Of a stretch of DNA of 14,324 nucleotides, positions 6,802 to 14,324 are shown one piece after another. Source of the stretch: Candidatus Rokuibacteriota bacterium. GTDB lineage: Bacteria; Methylomirabilota; Methylomirabilia; Rokubacteriales; CSP1-6. The stretch spans positions 1 through 14,324 of the forward strand of contig JACPCX010000148.1 in assembly GCA_016184305.1 (NCBI GenBank). Direction: 5' to 3'. The position numbers and the translations under genes are program-made. The notes under the pieces are model-generated. The model saw nothing but the letters and a program-made list of their open reading frames with translations, had not been told where the DNA came from and ran no database searches. Positions within the stretch are counted from its first letter, which is position 1. Each line of letters starts with the position of its first letter.

Positions 6802-7911
6802 ATGAGCGCGAAGCCGACATGGGTGGGGATCACGGGCATCACCTCGGCGGACGAGCCGAGCGCCGGGCTGGCCGCGGCGCAATCGCTCAAACGGGGGCCC
6901 GGCGCCGCGGGCTTCCGCGTCGTGGCGCTCGCGGAGAGCGCCTTCTCGGACGGAATCCAGGCCGTGCCCGCGGCCGACGAGGTGGTCGTGGTGCCCTCGC
7001 CCCAGCACGAGCCGGAGGCCTTCGTCGCGGCGGTCCGCGAGCTGGCTCGCGGCCGGCGCTTCGTCCTGCTGGCGGGCTCGCCGGCGGACGTTGTGGCGCT
7101 GGCGCCTCGCCGCGACGCCCTCTCCCAGGCGGGCGTCCGCCACATGCTCCCGTCGCCCCGTCAGGTCTCGACTCTGCCGTTTCTCGGGGTGGCGAGGGTC
7201 GCCGGGTTGCGAATCCCACGCGGCACCGGGCTCGATCCCGCGAGCGTCGGAAGGCTAGCGCTCCGGCCGCAGTCCTGGCCCCTGGTGCTGCGGACCACAG
7301 ACGGGCGCCTGGCCTCGGCCGCCACGCCCGCCGAGATCCCGGCGCTGGCCCAGGCGCTGGCTCGCCCCTGGGGCATGGTGACACGCGCCCACGAGCCGGT
7401 GCTGGGGTCGGAGATCAGCGTCGCCGTCCTGTGCGGCGGCCACGGGCGACCGCTGGGGATGGCCGCGGCGATACCGCTCCAGCGCGGCGGCAACGGGGCT
7501 GTCTGGTCCGCCGTGACGACCGCCGATCCAGGGGTCCTGGCTGCCACGCGGCGCATCCTCGATGTCGCGCGCTGGACCGGCCCCGGCGAGCTTCACCTGA
7601 TCCGCGACGAGGGGGGCGCGCTCTGGTTCACGGGCGTGACGCCGGGCTTCCCCTCCTGGATCTCGCTGGCCGCCGCGGCCGGCCGGCCGCTGGTCCACCA
7701 GTACCTGGGCCTCTGCCTCGGGGCGGCGCCGCTTCTCCCCGGGGCGTACCGGGACGGCCTGTTCATGTCCCGGGTGGCCATGGACATCGCGATGCCGATC
7801 ACCACGCTTGGCCGACTGGCCACCGAAGGAGCCTTCTCCCATGACACACACCACGCAGGAACGCTACGAGCGGCCCCTGATCATGCGGCGCGAGCTCGGG
7901 TCGCTCACTAA
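6802..7911 (+). CDS. Degenerate ATP-grasp paralog, probably catalytically inactive
   Basis: Colinear with the preceding gene: VGITGITSADEPSAG vs VAITGLAASDNPGPG, WTGPGELHLIRD vs WVGPAELEMIRD, and FTGVTPGFPSW vs LIEINPRFPAW. Confidence 0.8.
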   Translation: MSAKPTWVGITGITSADEPSAGLAAAQSLKRGPGAAGFRVVALAESAFSDGIQAVPAADEVVVVPSPQHEPEAFVAAVRELARGRRFVLLAGSPADVVALAPRRDALSQAGVRHMLPSPRQVSTLPFLGVARVAGLRIPRGTGLDPASVGRLALRPQSWPLVLRTTDGRLASAATPAEIPALAQALARPWGMVTRAHEPVLGSEISVAVLCGGHGRPLGMAAAIPLQRGGNGAVWSAVTTADPGVLAATRRILDVARWTGPGELHLIRDEGGALWFTGVTPGFPSWISLAAAAGRPLVHQYLGLCLGAAPLLPGAYRDGLFMSRVAMDIAMPITTLGRLATEGAFSHDTHHAGTLRAAPDHAARARVAH

Positions 7912-9277
7912 GCAGTGGGGCGGCGGGGGTCCCGGCGCCCCCCCCATCGCCGTCGGTGAAGCGGTGGACGGCGTCAGCGCCCAGAGTCTGAAGACCAAGT
8001 ACGGCTCTCCGCTCTACGTCGTGTCCGAGGCCACGCTGCGGAAGAATCTCCGCGGGTTCCTCTCGGCCTTCCGCTCCCGCTATCCCGAGACGGTGTTGGC
8101 GTACTCGTACAAGACGAATTACGTGTCCGGGATCTGCGCCACCCTCCACCAGGAAGGGGCGTGGGCCGAGGTGGTGTCCGGGTTCGAGCTGGAGCGCGCC
8201 CGCGCGCTGGGCATGCCCGGGTCCCAGATCGTCTACAACGGCCCGTACAAGCCCTTCGATCACCTCCTCGAGGCGGCGCGTCTCGGCGTCCGGATCAACG
8301 TGGACAACCTCGAGGAGCTGGCCGACCTCGAGGAGGTGTCGCGGCAGCTCAAGCGCCCGGTCAAGATCGGGATCCGGGTGAACATGCGTCTCAACGATCC
8401 GCCGTGGGACAAGTTCGGCTTCAACATCGAGTCGGGCCAGGCGCTGGAGGTGTGCCGGAGGATTCACGGCTCGAAGCTCCTCCGGCTCGCGGGCCTGCAC
8501 CTCCACGCCGGCACCTATCTCGCCAACGTGGAGATCTACAAGCGCGCCATCACCGGGCTCCTGGAGCTGGCCATGACCGTCGAGGCGCAGCGCCTGGGCG
8601 ACATCGAGTACGTGGATCTCGGCGGCGGATACGCCTCGCGGAACACCATCCTCAGCCAGCTCCTGCCCGGCGAGATGACGGCGCCGAGCTACGCCGAGTA
8701 CGCCGAGGCCATCTCTGCCCCCCTCAAGGCCTGCGTCAAGCGGCTGCCCCGCCGCCCGCTGCTGATCCTGGAGCCGGGTCGCGCCATCGTGGACGATGCC
8801 GTCACCCTCCTGGTGAGCGTCGTGGCAGTGAAGAAAACCCCCGACGGGCGGACCCTGGTCGTGGTGGATGGCGGCGTGAATCTCCTGCCCACCGCCTACT
8901 ACTTCAGGCACGACGTGGTCGCCGGGCGCGAGGTGGACGGAGACTCCGCGCGCGTGGACATCGTCGGACCCCTCTGCATGCAGATCGACGTGCTGCGGCG
9001 GGACGTGTCGCTGCCCCCGGTCAGCCGGGGCAGCATCCTCCTCTTCCGTAACGCCGGCGCCTACACGGTCTCCAACTCGATGCAGTTCATCTACCCGCGG
9101 CCTCCCGTCGTCGTCGTCTCCGGGCGGCAGACGCATGTGCTCCGGCGAGGCGAGCGGACGGAGGACCTGGTGCGCCTGGACGAGATGCCTGCCCATCTCG
9201 CGCCACGGTCCGCGGCGTCGAGCCGGAATGGCCACAAGACGGCCCGCGCGAACGGCAACGGGCGAGGTCACAGCTGA
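7841..9277 (+). CDS. Fold-type III PLP-dependent decarboxylase (diaminopimelate/ornithine decarboxylase family), substrate unknown
   Basis: YGSPLYV, AYSYKTN (PLP lysine codon at 8111), EVVSGFE, YNGPYK, KFG, HLHAGT, DLGGG, EPGRAIV, VDGG, GPLCMQID and AGAY. SD AAGGAG at 7826-7831 precedes ATG 7841. Confidence 0.9.
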   Translation: MTHTTQERYERPLIMRRELGSLTKQWGGGGPGAPPIAVGEAVDGVSAQSLKTKYGSPLYVVSEATLRKNLRGFLSAFRSRYPETVLAYSYKTNYVSGICATLHQEGAWAEVVSGFELERARALGMPGSQIVYNGPYKPFDHLLEAARLGVRINVDNLEELADLEEVSRQLKRPVKIGIRVNMRLNDPPWDKFGFNIESGQALEVCRRIHGSKLLRLAGLHLHAGTYLANVEIYKRAITGLLELAMTVEAQRLGDIEYVDLGGGYASRNTILSQLLPGEMTAPSYAEYAEAISAPLKACVKRLPRRPLLILEPGRAIVDDAVTLLVSVVAVKKTPDGRTLVVVDGGVNLLPTAYYFRHDVVAGREVDGDSARVDIVGPLCMQIDVLRRDVSLPPVSRGSILLFRNAGAYTVSNSMQFIYPRPPVVVVSGRQTHVLRRGERTEDLVRLDEMPAHLAPRSAASSRNGHKTARANGNGRGHS

Positions 9278-11472
9278 ACTTCTGGCGCGCGGTGCTCAGC
9301 GGGGCCGGCCAGGTCCTCTGTGCCGCGTCCCCGAAGGCGGGGGCGTGGTTCCTCCTGGCCTTCGCCCTCTTCTCGCCCGAGGCGGCGCTCGGGGCCGTCC
9401 TGGGCCTGGTGGTCGCCACGGGGATGGCTCGCGGGCTCGGCTGGAACGAGTTGCTGCTCGGCCAGGGGCTGTTCGGCTACAACGCCGCCATGCTGGGGCT
9501 CGCCTGGACGGCGTTCTTCCCGCTGCCATCACCGGGCTTCCTCCTCGTGCTGCCGGCGGCCGCCGTCACGACCTGGCTCCACGGCCGCCTGCTGCCCCCC
9601 TTCGGCCGCCGGGAGCTGCCGGTGCTCGGCCTCCCGTTCGTCCTGGTGGTCTGGGGTGCCGGTCTCCTCTGTGTGGCGCTCGGTGTCGGGCAATTGTCTC
9701 CGATCATCCCTCCCGCGATTGCGGGTCCGGGGGCGGGCTGGACGACTCCGGCCCTCAGGGCCGCCGCCGCCTCGTTTGCTGTCACCTCGCTGCCGGGAGC
9801 GGCGGCTGCCGCCATCGGGCTCTGGTGCGTGTCGCGGGTGGCTCTCGGCGTTGCGCTCGCGGGCCTCACCCTCGGGCTCGGGACTGCCATGCTCCTGGGG
9901 GGCGTCGAGGGGGTGCTCTGGATGGGCGGCTACGCGTACACGGCGCTGCCCGTGGCGGTGGGGACGGCCGGCGTGTTCTTCCCGCTGAACGCGCGGATGC
10001 TCGCCCTCGCGGCCGCGCTGTCGGTGGTGGGCGTGGTGGGATGGGTGGGCCTCGTCTGGGCCCTGGCGCCCATCGGACTCTTCGCCGTCACCGCGGTCGC
10101 CCACGCCCTGGTGCTGGGCCTGCTCATCGCGGCGAAGAGCCGCGCGCTCTCGGCTGCCCTGGGGATCCGCCCGCGACCCCTCTCCGAGGCGGCCCTGCCC
10201 GGAGGGCTCGCGGAGGTCGTGGCGACAGGGCCGTTGCCCGAGGCCGAGATCAGCGAGCTCGTACGGCTGATCCGCCGGTCCTCGAGCATCGTCGTGCTCT
10301 CGGGGGCGGGCATGAGCACCGAGTCCGGCATTCCGGACTACCGGAGCCAGACCGGGTTCTGGTACGACGCCAATGCCGAGGCCCTGACCTACTCTCGCTT
10401 CCTGGAGTCGGGATTTTCCCGGCGCCTTCACTGGCGGCTCCATCGGCGATTCAGCCGCGCGCTCGGCCGGGCGCGGCCGAACGCCGGCCACCGCCTGCTC
10501 GTCGATCTCGAGCGCGAGGGGAAGCTCCTCGGGGTCATCACGCAGAACGTGGACGGCCTGCACCAGGCGGCGGGCCTTCCGGAGGCGCGCGTGGTCGAGC
10601 TGCACGGCAACGTCACCGAGGCGGTGTGTCTCCGTTGCGAGGAGCGGCTGCCGTCAAAGTCCGTCCGGCCGCGAGGATGGTGGAAGCCGCCCGCGTGCCC
10701 CGGCTGTGGCGGACCCCTCAAGGTCGACTCGGTGAGCTTCGGGGAGGATCTCGACCCGAGCCGGCTGGCGCTGGCGGCCTGGTGGTCTCGAAGCGCCGAC
10801 CTGATGCTCATCCTCGGGACCTCCCTGCAGGTGGCGCCGGCGTCGAACCTCCCGGAGATGGCCCGGGAGCGAGGCATGCCCCTCGCGATCGTCAACCGGA
10901 CTGAAACCCGACTCGACCCCTGGGCGGCCCTCGTGGTGCGAGGCCCCGCGGCCCGGGTGCTCGAGGAGGTGAGGAGGCGCCTCATGACTGCTCCCGTCCC
11001 GCGACTGATCCGCCCCATGACCCGGCTCGACTTCCTCCACCTGTGCAGGGTCGTGGACTCCTGGTGGAACGATCAGGTCCGCTACCTGCTCCATCCCCTC
11101 TACCTCGAGCACTTCCCGCAAACCTGCTTCGTCTGCGAGGAGGCGGGGGACGTGGCCGGCTTCCTGGTCGGGTTCATCTCCCAGGGGCGCCCCGAGGAAG
11201 CGTACGTGCACCTCGTGGGCACCGCCCCGGCCTCCCGGGGCCAGGGGATAGGGCGGGCGCTGTACGAGCACTTCTTCGAGGTGGTGCGCAGCCGCGGATG
11301 CGTCAAGGTGCTGGCCATCACCGTGCCCCACAACGAGGGGTCGCTGGCCTTCCACCGCCAGATGGGCTTTCGGTTCCGGGAAGAGGGCGGAGCATGGGCC
11401 GGGACGGTGCCCCTGGTCCCCGACTACGCCGGCCCTGGCGTTCACTGCGTGCTCATGGAGCGGAAGCTGTAG
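9274..11472 (+). CDS. Fusion protein: urea-transporter-like membrane domain + Sir2/sirtuin NAD-dependent deacylase + YqjY-like GNAT acetyltransferase
   Basis: UT-like part: [30 protein letters not shown] and many hydrophobic helices (to ~10140). Sirtuin: [43 protein letters not shown]...CPGC, GTSLQV, IVN. GNAT: DSWW...[10 protein letters not shown]...[20 protein letters not shown]...[10 protein letters not shown]...[13 protein letters not shown]...DYAGPG. Start is either CTG 9274 (proposed) or GTG 9292. Confidence 0.85.
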   Translation: MNFWRAVLSGAGQVLCAASPKAGAWFLLAFALFSPEAALGAVLGLVVATGMARGLGWNELLLGQGLFGYNAAMLGLAWTAFFPLPSPGFLLVLPAAAVTTWLHGRLLPPFGRRELPVLGLPFVLVVWGAGLLCVALGVGQLSPIIPPAIAGPGAGWTTPALRAAAASFAVTSLPGAAAAAIGLWCVSRVALGVALAGLTLGLGTAMLLGGVEGVLWMGGYAYTALPVAVGTAGVFFPLNARMLALAAALSVVGVVGWVGLVWALAPIGLFAVTAVAHALVLGLLIAAKSRALSAALGIRPRPLSEAALPGGLAEVVATGPLPEAEISELVRLIRRSSSIVVLSGAGMSTESGIPDYRSQTGFWYDANAEALTYSRFLESGFSRRLHWRLHRRFSRALGRARPNAGHRLLVDLEREGKLLGVITQNVDGLHQAAGLPEARVVELHGNVTEAVCLRCEERLPSKSVRPRGWWKPPACPGCGGPLKVDSVSFGEDLDPSRLALAAWWSRSADLMLILGTSLQVAPASNLPEMARERGMPLAIVNRTETRLDPWAALVVRGPAARVLEEVRRRLMTAPVPRLIRPMTRLDFLHLCRVVDSWWNDQVRYLLHPLYLEHFPQTCFVCEEAGDVAGFLVGFISQGRPEEAYVHLVGTAPASRGQGIGRALYEHFFEVVRSRGCVKVLAITVPHNEGSLAFHRQMGFRFREEGGAWAGTVPLVPDYAGPGVHCVLMERKL

Positions 11473-11539
11473 CGAGGGAATCGCGGCCGCCGAGGAAGTT
11501 GCCAATCCGGCCGGACTCGGGCTAAGTTTGACATGCCCT

Positions 11540-12880
11540 ATGGACCGACCGCGAGTTCTCGTTGTGGACGACGAGAAGATGATCCGCGAGATGCTCGCGG
11601 AGGCTCTCGCCTCGTGGGGGTACGAGGCCTCCACCGTGGGCAGTGCCGAGGAGGCGCTGGAGGCCCTGGCCCGGAGCCTGGTTGACGTGGTGCTCCTCGA
11701 CATCATGATGCCGGGCATGAGCGGCATCGACCTGCTCCGCGAGATCAAGCACCGGGACCTGGACGTCGACGTCCTGATGATGACCGGCCGCCCCACGGTG
11801 GAGACGGCCGTCCAGGCCTTGAAGGCGGGCGCCTGCGACTACCTCGAGAAGCCCCTGAATCTGGACGTGCTCCGCCACCTCATGGGCGGAGTGATCGAGC
11901 GGCGACTCCTCCGGCAGGAAGTGCATGCCCTACGCGCCCGCGTGGGGGACCAGCTCGGCGCCATGGAGCTGGTCGGGGTGTCGGACGCCATGCAGCGGCT
12001 CCGGGACCTCATCGACCGGGTGGCGAGCAGCGACTCCCCGGTCCTGATCGAGGGCGAGAGCGGCACGGGCAAGGAACTGGTGGCGGGGGCCATCCACCAC
12101 CGGTCGCCTCGCGGCCGCGCCCCGTTCATCCCGGTCAACTGCGGCGCCATTCCCGCGGATCTTATGGAGTCCGAGTTCTTCGGCCACGCGCGCGGCGCCT
12201 TCTCGGGTGCGGTGGCCGATGCCCTTGGCCTGATCCGCTCCGCCCACGGCGGCACGATCTTCCTCGACGAGATCGCCGAGCTCCCAGCGGCGCTGCAGGT
12301 CAAGCTCCTCCGCGTGCTCCAGGACACGGAGGTGCGTCCCGTCGGCTCCGTCAAGACCTTCAAGGTGGATGTGCGCGTGATCGCCGCCACCAATCAGAAC
12401 GTGGAGCAGGCCGTACGGGCCGGCACCTTCCGCCAGGATCTCTTCTATCGCCTCAACGTGGTGAGCATCCTGGTCCCGCCCCTGCGGGAGCGTCGGGCGG
12501 ACATCCCGCCCCTGGTGACCCACTTCCTCCGCCAGCTCAACCAGAAGCTCGGCCGGCGGGTGAGCGGGGTCGGGCCGGCCGCGATGGCGGCGCTCATGGG
12601 TTACGACTTTCCCGGCAACGTGAGGGAGCTGGAGAACCTCCTCCATCGCGCGTACGCTCTGGGCGCCAGGGAGGAGATCACGCTCGAGGATTTGCCGGTA
12701 CTGCAGTCCCGCCCCGAGGAGCCCGAGCCGGCCGGGGGGCTGCCAACCCTCGCGGCGGCCGAGCGAGAGCTCATTCTCCGGGTCCTTCGCCACCACGGTG
12801 GCGACAAGGACCAGGCAGCCCGGGCGCTCGGGATCTCCCGGCGCACCCTCTACCGCCGGATCGAGGAATACGGCGCCTAG
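11540..12880 (+). CDS. NtrC/AtoC-family sigma54-dependent response regulator (REC-AAA+-Fis HTH)
   Basis: [15 protein letters not shown] (phospho-Asp), [11 protein letters not shown] (Walker A), ESEFFGH..GAFSGA, IFLDEI (Walker B), [21 protein letters not shown] and [16 protein letters not shown]. Start is ATG 11540 or TTG 11528. Confidence 0.95.
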   Translation: MDRPRVLVVDDEKMIREMLAEALASWGYEASTVGSAEEALEALARSLVDVVLLDIMMPGMSGIDLLREIKHRDLDVDVLMMTGRPTVETAVQALKAGACDYLEKPLNLDVLRHLMGGVIERRLLRQEVHALRARVGDQLGAMELVGVSDAMQRLRDLIDRVASSDSPVLIEGESGTGKELVAGAIHHRSPRGRAPFIPVNCGAIPADLMESEFFGHARGAFSGAVADALGLIRSAHGGTIFLDEIAELPAALQVKLLRVLQDTEVRPVGSVKTFKVDVRVIAATNQNVEQAVRAGTFRQDLFYRLNVVSILVPPLRERRADIPPLVTHFLRQLNQKLGRRVSGVGPAAMAALMGYDFPGNVRELENLLHRAYALGAREEITLEDLPVLQSRPEEPEPAGGLPTLAAAERELILRVLRHHGGDKDQAARALGISRRTLYRRIEEYGA

Positions 12881-13091
12881 CAGGCTGCTGAAAAAGGCCC
12901 ATCTGCGGAGGTACGGCGCCCTCAGCCGCACGCTCAACGTGGCTCGCTCACGCTCGCCCGGATCTCCGGATCCGCTCGTCTCGCCTCCGGCTCGGCTCGC
13001 CAAGCGAAGTACGCCTCGCGTGCGGCCGTCGGGCGCCGCCTCGCATCTGGACCTTTTTGAGCAGCCTGCGGGTTCTTCAGCAACCGGCTAG
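12877..13091. mobile_element. MITE-like non-autonomous element with terminal inverted repeats and CTAG flanks
   Basis: Left end ctagcaggctgctgaaaaa; the right end read as reverse complement is ctagccggttgctgaagaa (16/19). An internal IR pairs gcaggctgctgaaaaaggcccatctgcg with cgcatctggacctttttgagcagcctgc. No transposase. Confidence 0.7.
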
Positions 13092-13151
13092 TCTCCACTC
13101 CCGGCGTCCCGCTGGCGCCGGCACCTGGCCCCTTCATCGGGAAAGAGTGCG

Positions 13152-13185
13152 GACCGGAATGACACAGGCTGGTGCCACGCTGACA
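13152..13185 (+). promoter_or_regulatory. Second pair of enhancer (UAS) sites
   Basis: GACCGGAATGACA (13152-13164) and TGCCACGCTGACA (13173-13185), 21 bp apart. The second matches the reverse complement of 2562-2574 (TGCCAGACTGACA) at 11/13. Confidence 0.6.
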
Positions 13186-13210
13186 TCGCAGCCAGCGGCC
13201 GGGCCCTGTC

Positions 13211-13223
13211 CAAGCCCCTGAAT
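13211..13223 (-). promoter_or_regulatory. Degenerate IHF-like site
   Basis: Reverse complement ATTCAGGGGCTTG. Its offset from the -24 TGGC (28 nt) is the same as for the site at 2608-2620. Confidence 0.4.
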
Positions 13224-13250
13224 CTCCGGCCTTCTCCTCGAAGCTCGACC

Positions 13251-13266
13251 TGGCAAGAGACCTGCA
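13251..13266 (+). promoter_or_regulatory. Sigma54 (-24/-12) promoter of the receiver/kinase genes
   Basis: TGGCAAGAGACCTGCA with GG-N10-GC spacing. Predicted +1 is near 13277. Confidence 0.7.
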
Positions 13267-13281
13267 AATACCGTTCTCCGT

Positions 13282-13695
13282 ATGATCGGGCGCTCAGCGC
13301 TGGCAAGAGGCCGTCTTCACTGGGTCCTGGTGGTCGACCAGGACGAATCCGTAGCCGGCTCCCTGGCCAGGCGCTTCCAGGAGCGGGGCCTCACGGCCCA
13401 CGCCACCGCCTCCGGCAAGGAGGCATTGCGGCTGGCGAGCCTCAGGAAGCCGACCCTGGCCATCATCGACCTGATGCTCGGCGACATGGGAGGCGTGGAG
13501 CTGGCCCAGCGTCTCAGGGAGCTCGACCCGGAGCTGGCCATGGTCGTGACGACGAGCGATCGGCGCCCGGCCCTCGAGGTCGAGGCCCGGAGGGTGGGAA
13601 TCGTTCACTACGCCCACAAGCCCCTCGACCTCGACCGGCTCGACGCCGTCATGACGAGGGCCATCCACACCCTCGAGCGAGGAGATCACAGATGA
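13282..13695 (+). CDS. Single-domain response regulator (CheY-like receiver)
   Basis: VLVVDQD, ASGKEAL, AIIDLMLGDMGG (phospho-Asp), VVTT and YAHKP. Confidence 0.88.
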   Translation: MIGRSALARGRLHWVLVVDQDESVAGSLARRFQERGLTAHATASGKEALRLASLRKPTLAIIDLMLGDMGGVELAQRLRELDPELAMVVTTSDRRPALEVEARRVGIVHYAHKPLDLDRLDAVMTRAIHTLERGDHR

Positions 13696-14324
13696 GCCAC
13701 GAACACGCCGGGTTGGCCATTCCGATTCGCCAGTCCCTCCTGGAGGCCCCGCTCCATGCCGGCATCGAGAGCGGGCGGGTGAGGGAGTGCGAGCAGGTGG
13801 AGGAGCGTCTGAGGGAGAGCGAGCAGAGGTACCGGAGGGCCTTCGCCGAGTCCCGCGACGCGATCGGCATCGTGGGGCCGGGGGGCGAGGTCCTCGAGAT
13901 CAACCAGGCCGGGCTCGATCTCTTCGGTTACGGCGCTGCCGAGGTGTCAGGGCTCCGCGTCCAGCAGCTCTACGCCGATCCCGCGGACCGGGCGAGGTTC
14001 CTCGATGAGACGGGGCGCAACGGGTCCGTCAGGGACTTCGAGGTGAGGTTCCGCAGGAAGGACGGAGCCCTCATTGACTGCCTGCTGTCGGCCGCCTTGT
14101 GGCGGGACGAGGCCGACAGCCTGCTGGGGTATCACGTCGTGATCCACGACGTCACCGAGCGCCGGCAGCTCGAGGCGCAGCTCCGCCAGTCGCAGAAGAT
14201 GGAGGCGATCGGGGCGCTGGCGGGCGGGATCGCCCACGACTTCGGCAATCTCCTCACCGTCATCATCGGCCGTGCCCAGCTCGTGCTGAGCCGCCTGCCG
14301 TCCGATGACCATCACCGCGCCGAC
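13692..14324 (+). CDS. PAS-domain sensor histidine kinase (CckA-like group), truncated by the window edge
   Basis: Not in the ORF track. ATG 13692 overlaps the receiver stop (ATGA), with SD GGAG. My translation: MSHEHAG...[21 protein letters not shown]...[12 protein letters not shown]...[10 protein letters not shown]...[43 protein letters not shown] (PAS/PAC plus H-box). Confidence 0.92.
   Translation, partial: MSHEHAGLAIPIRQSLLEAPLHAGIESGRVRECEQVEERLRESEQRYRRAFAESRDAIGIVGPGGEVLEINQAGLDLFGYGAAEVSGLRVQQLYADPADRARFLDETGRNGSVRDFEVRFRRKDGALIDCLLSAALWRDEADSLLGYHVVIHDVTERRQLEAQLRQSQKMEAIGALAGGIAHDFGNLLTVIIGRAQLVLSRLPSDDHHRAD

Noticed and set aside
7841..9277. Calling the gene lysA
   Set aside because: Its specificity motifs differ (CMQID, YSYKTN) and its context is not lysine biosynthesis.
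10250..10980. Anti-phage SIR2 NADase (Thoeris/DSR-type) defence effector
   Set aside because: The domain is a canonical zinc-binding sirtuin deacylase (GIPDxR, QNVDGLH, CxxC-CxxC), unlike the divergent defence SIR2 domains, and there is no defence-gene context.
5571..13003. Long minus-strand ORFs (5571..7145, 7799..9271, 9529..10605, 10654..11796, 11930..13003) and plus-strand 9135..10904
   Set aside because: They are antisense or off-frame shadows of well-supported genes, as expected in high-GC DNA, and contain no recognisable motifs.
13300..13316. Third sigma54 promoter (second CTGGCAAGAG copy)
   Set aside because: It lacks the GC at -12 (GG-N10-TC) and lies inside the receiver gene.
1..14324. 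CRISPR array, rRNA, transposase or integrase genes
   Set aside because: I saw no regularly spaced direct repeats and no corresponding sequence or protein motifs.

Overview
GC-rich bacterial window. It resembles Candidatus Rokubacteria/Methylomirabilota DNA, but that is inference only. Left part: a partial ORF, a minus-strand metallo-beta-lactamase-fold hydrolase, an intergenic region with a degenerate 3' half of tRNA-Gly(CCC) followed by a hairpin (att-like scar), and a tandem NIPSNAP protein. Core (2805-11472): a tightly coupled six-gene operon behind a sigma54 promoter with a paired enhancer and an IHF-like site. It encodes a secreted giant TPR protein, a stand-alone PqqD/RRE protein, an intact ATP-grasp ligase, a paralogous ATP-grasp that has lost its catalytic motif, a LysA-fold PLP decarboxylase with non-LysA specificity residues and an N-terminal lasso-leader-like YxxPxI extension, and a three-domain fusion of a urea-transporter-like membrane domain, a sirtuin and a YqjY-like GNAT. 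After it come an NtrC-family sigma54 activator, a CTAG-flanked MITE-like repeat, a second sigma54 promoter with the same architecture, a CheY-like receiver protein and a truncated PAS histidine kinase. The operon is the best candidate for an uncharacterised peptide/protein-modification or amine-metabolite system.
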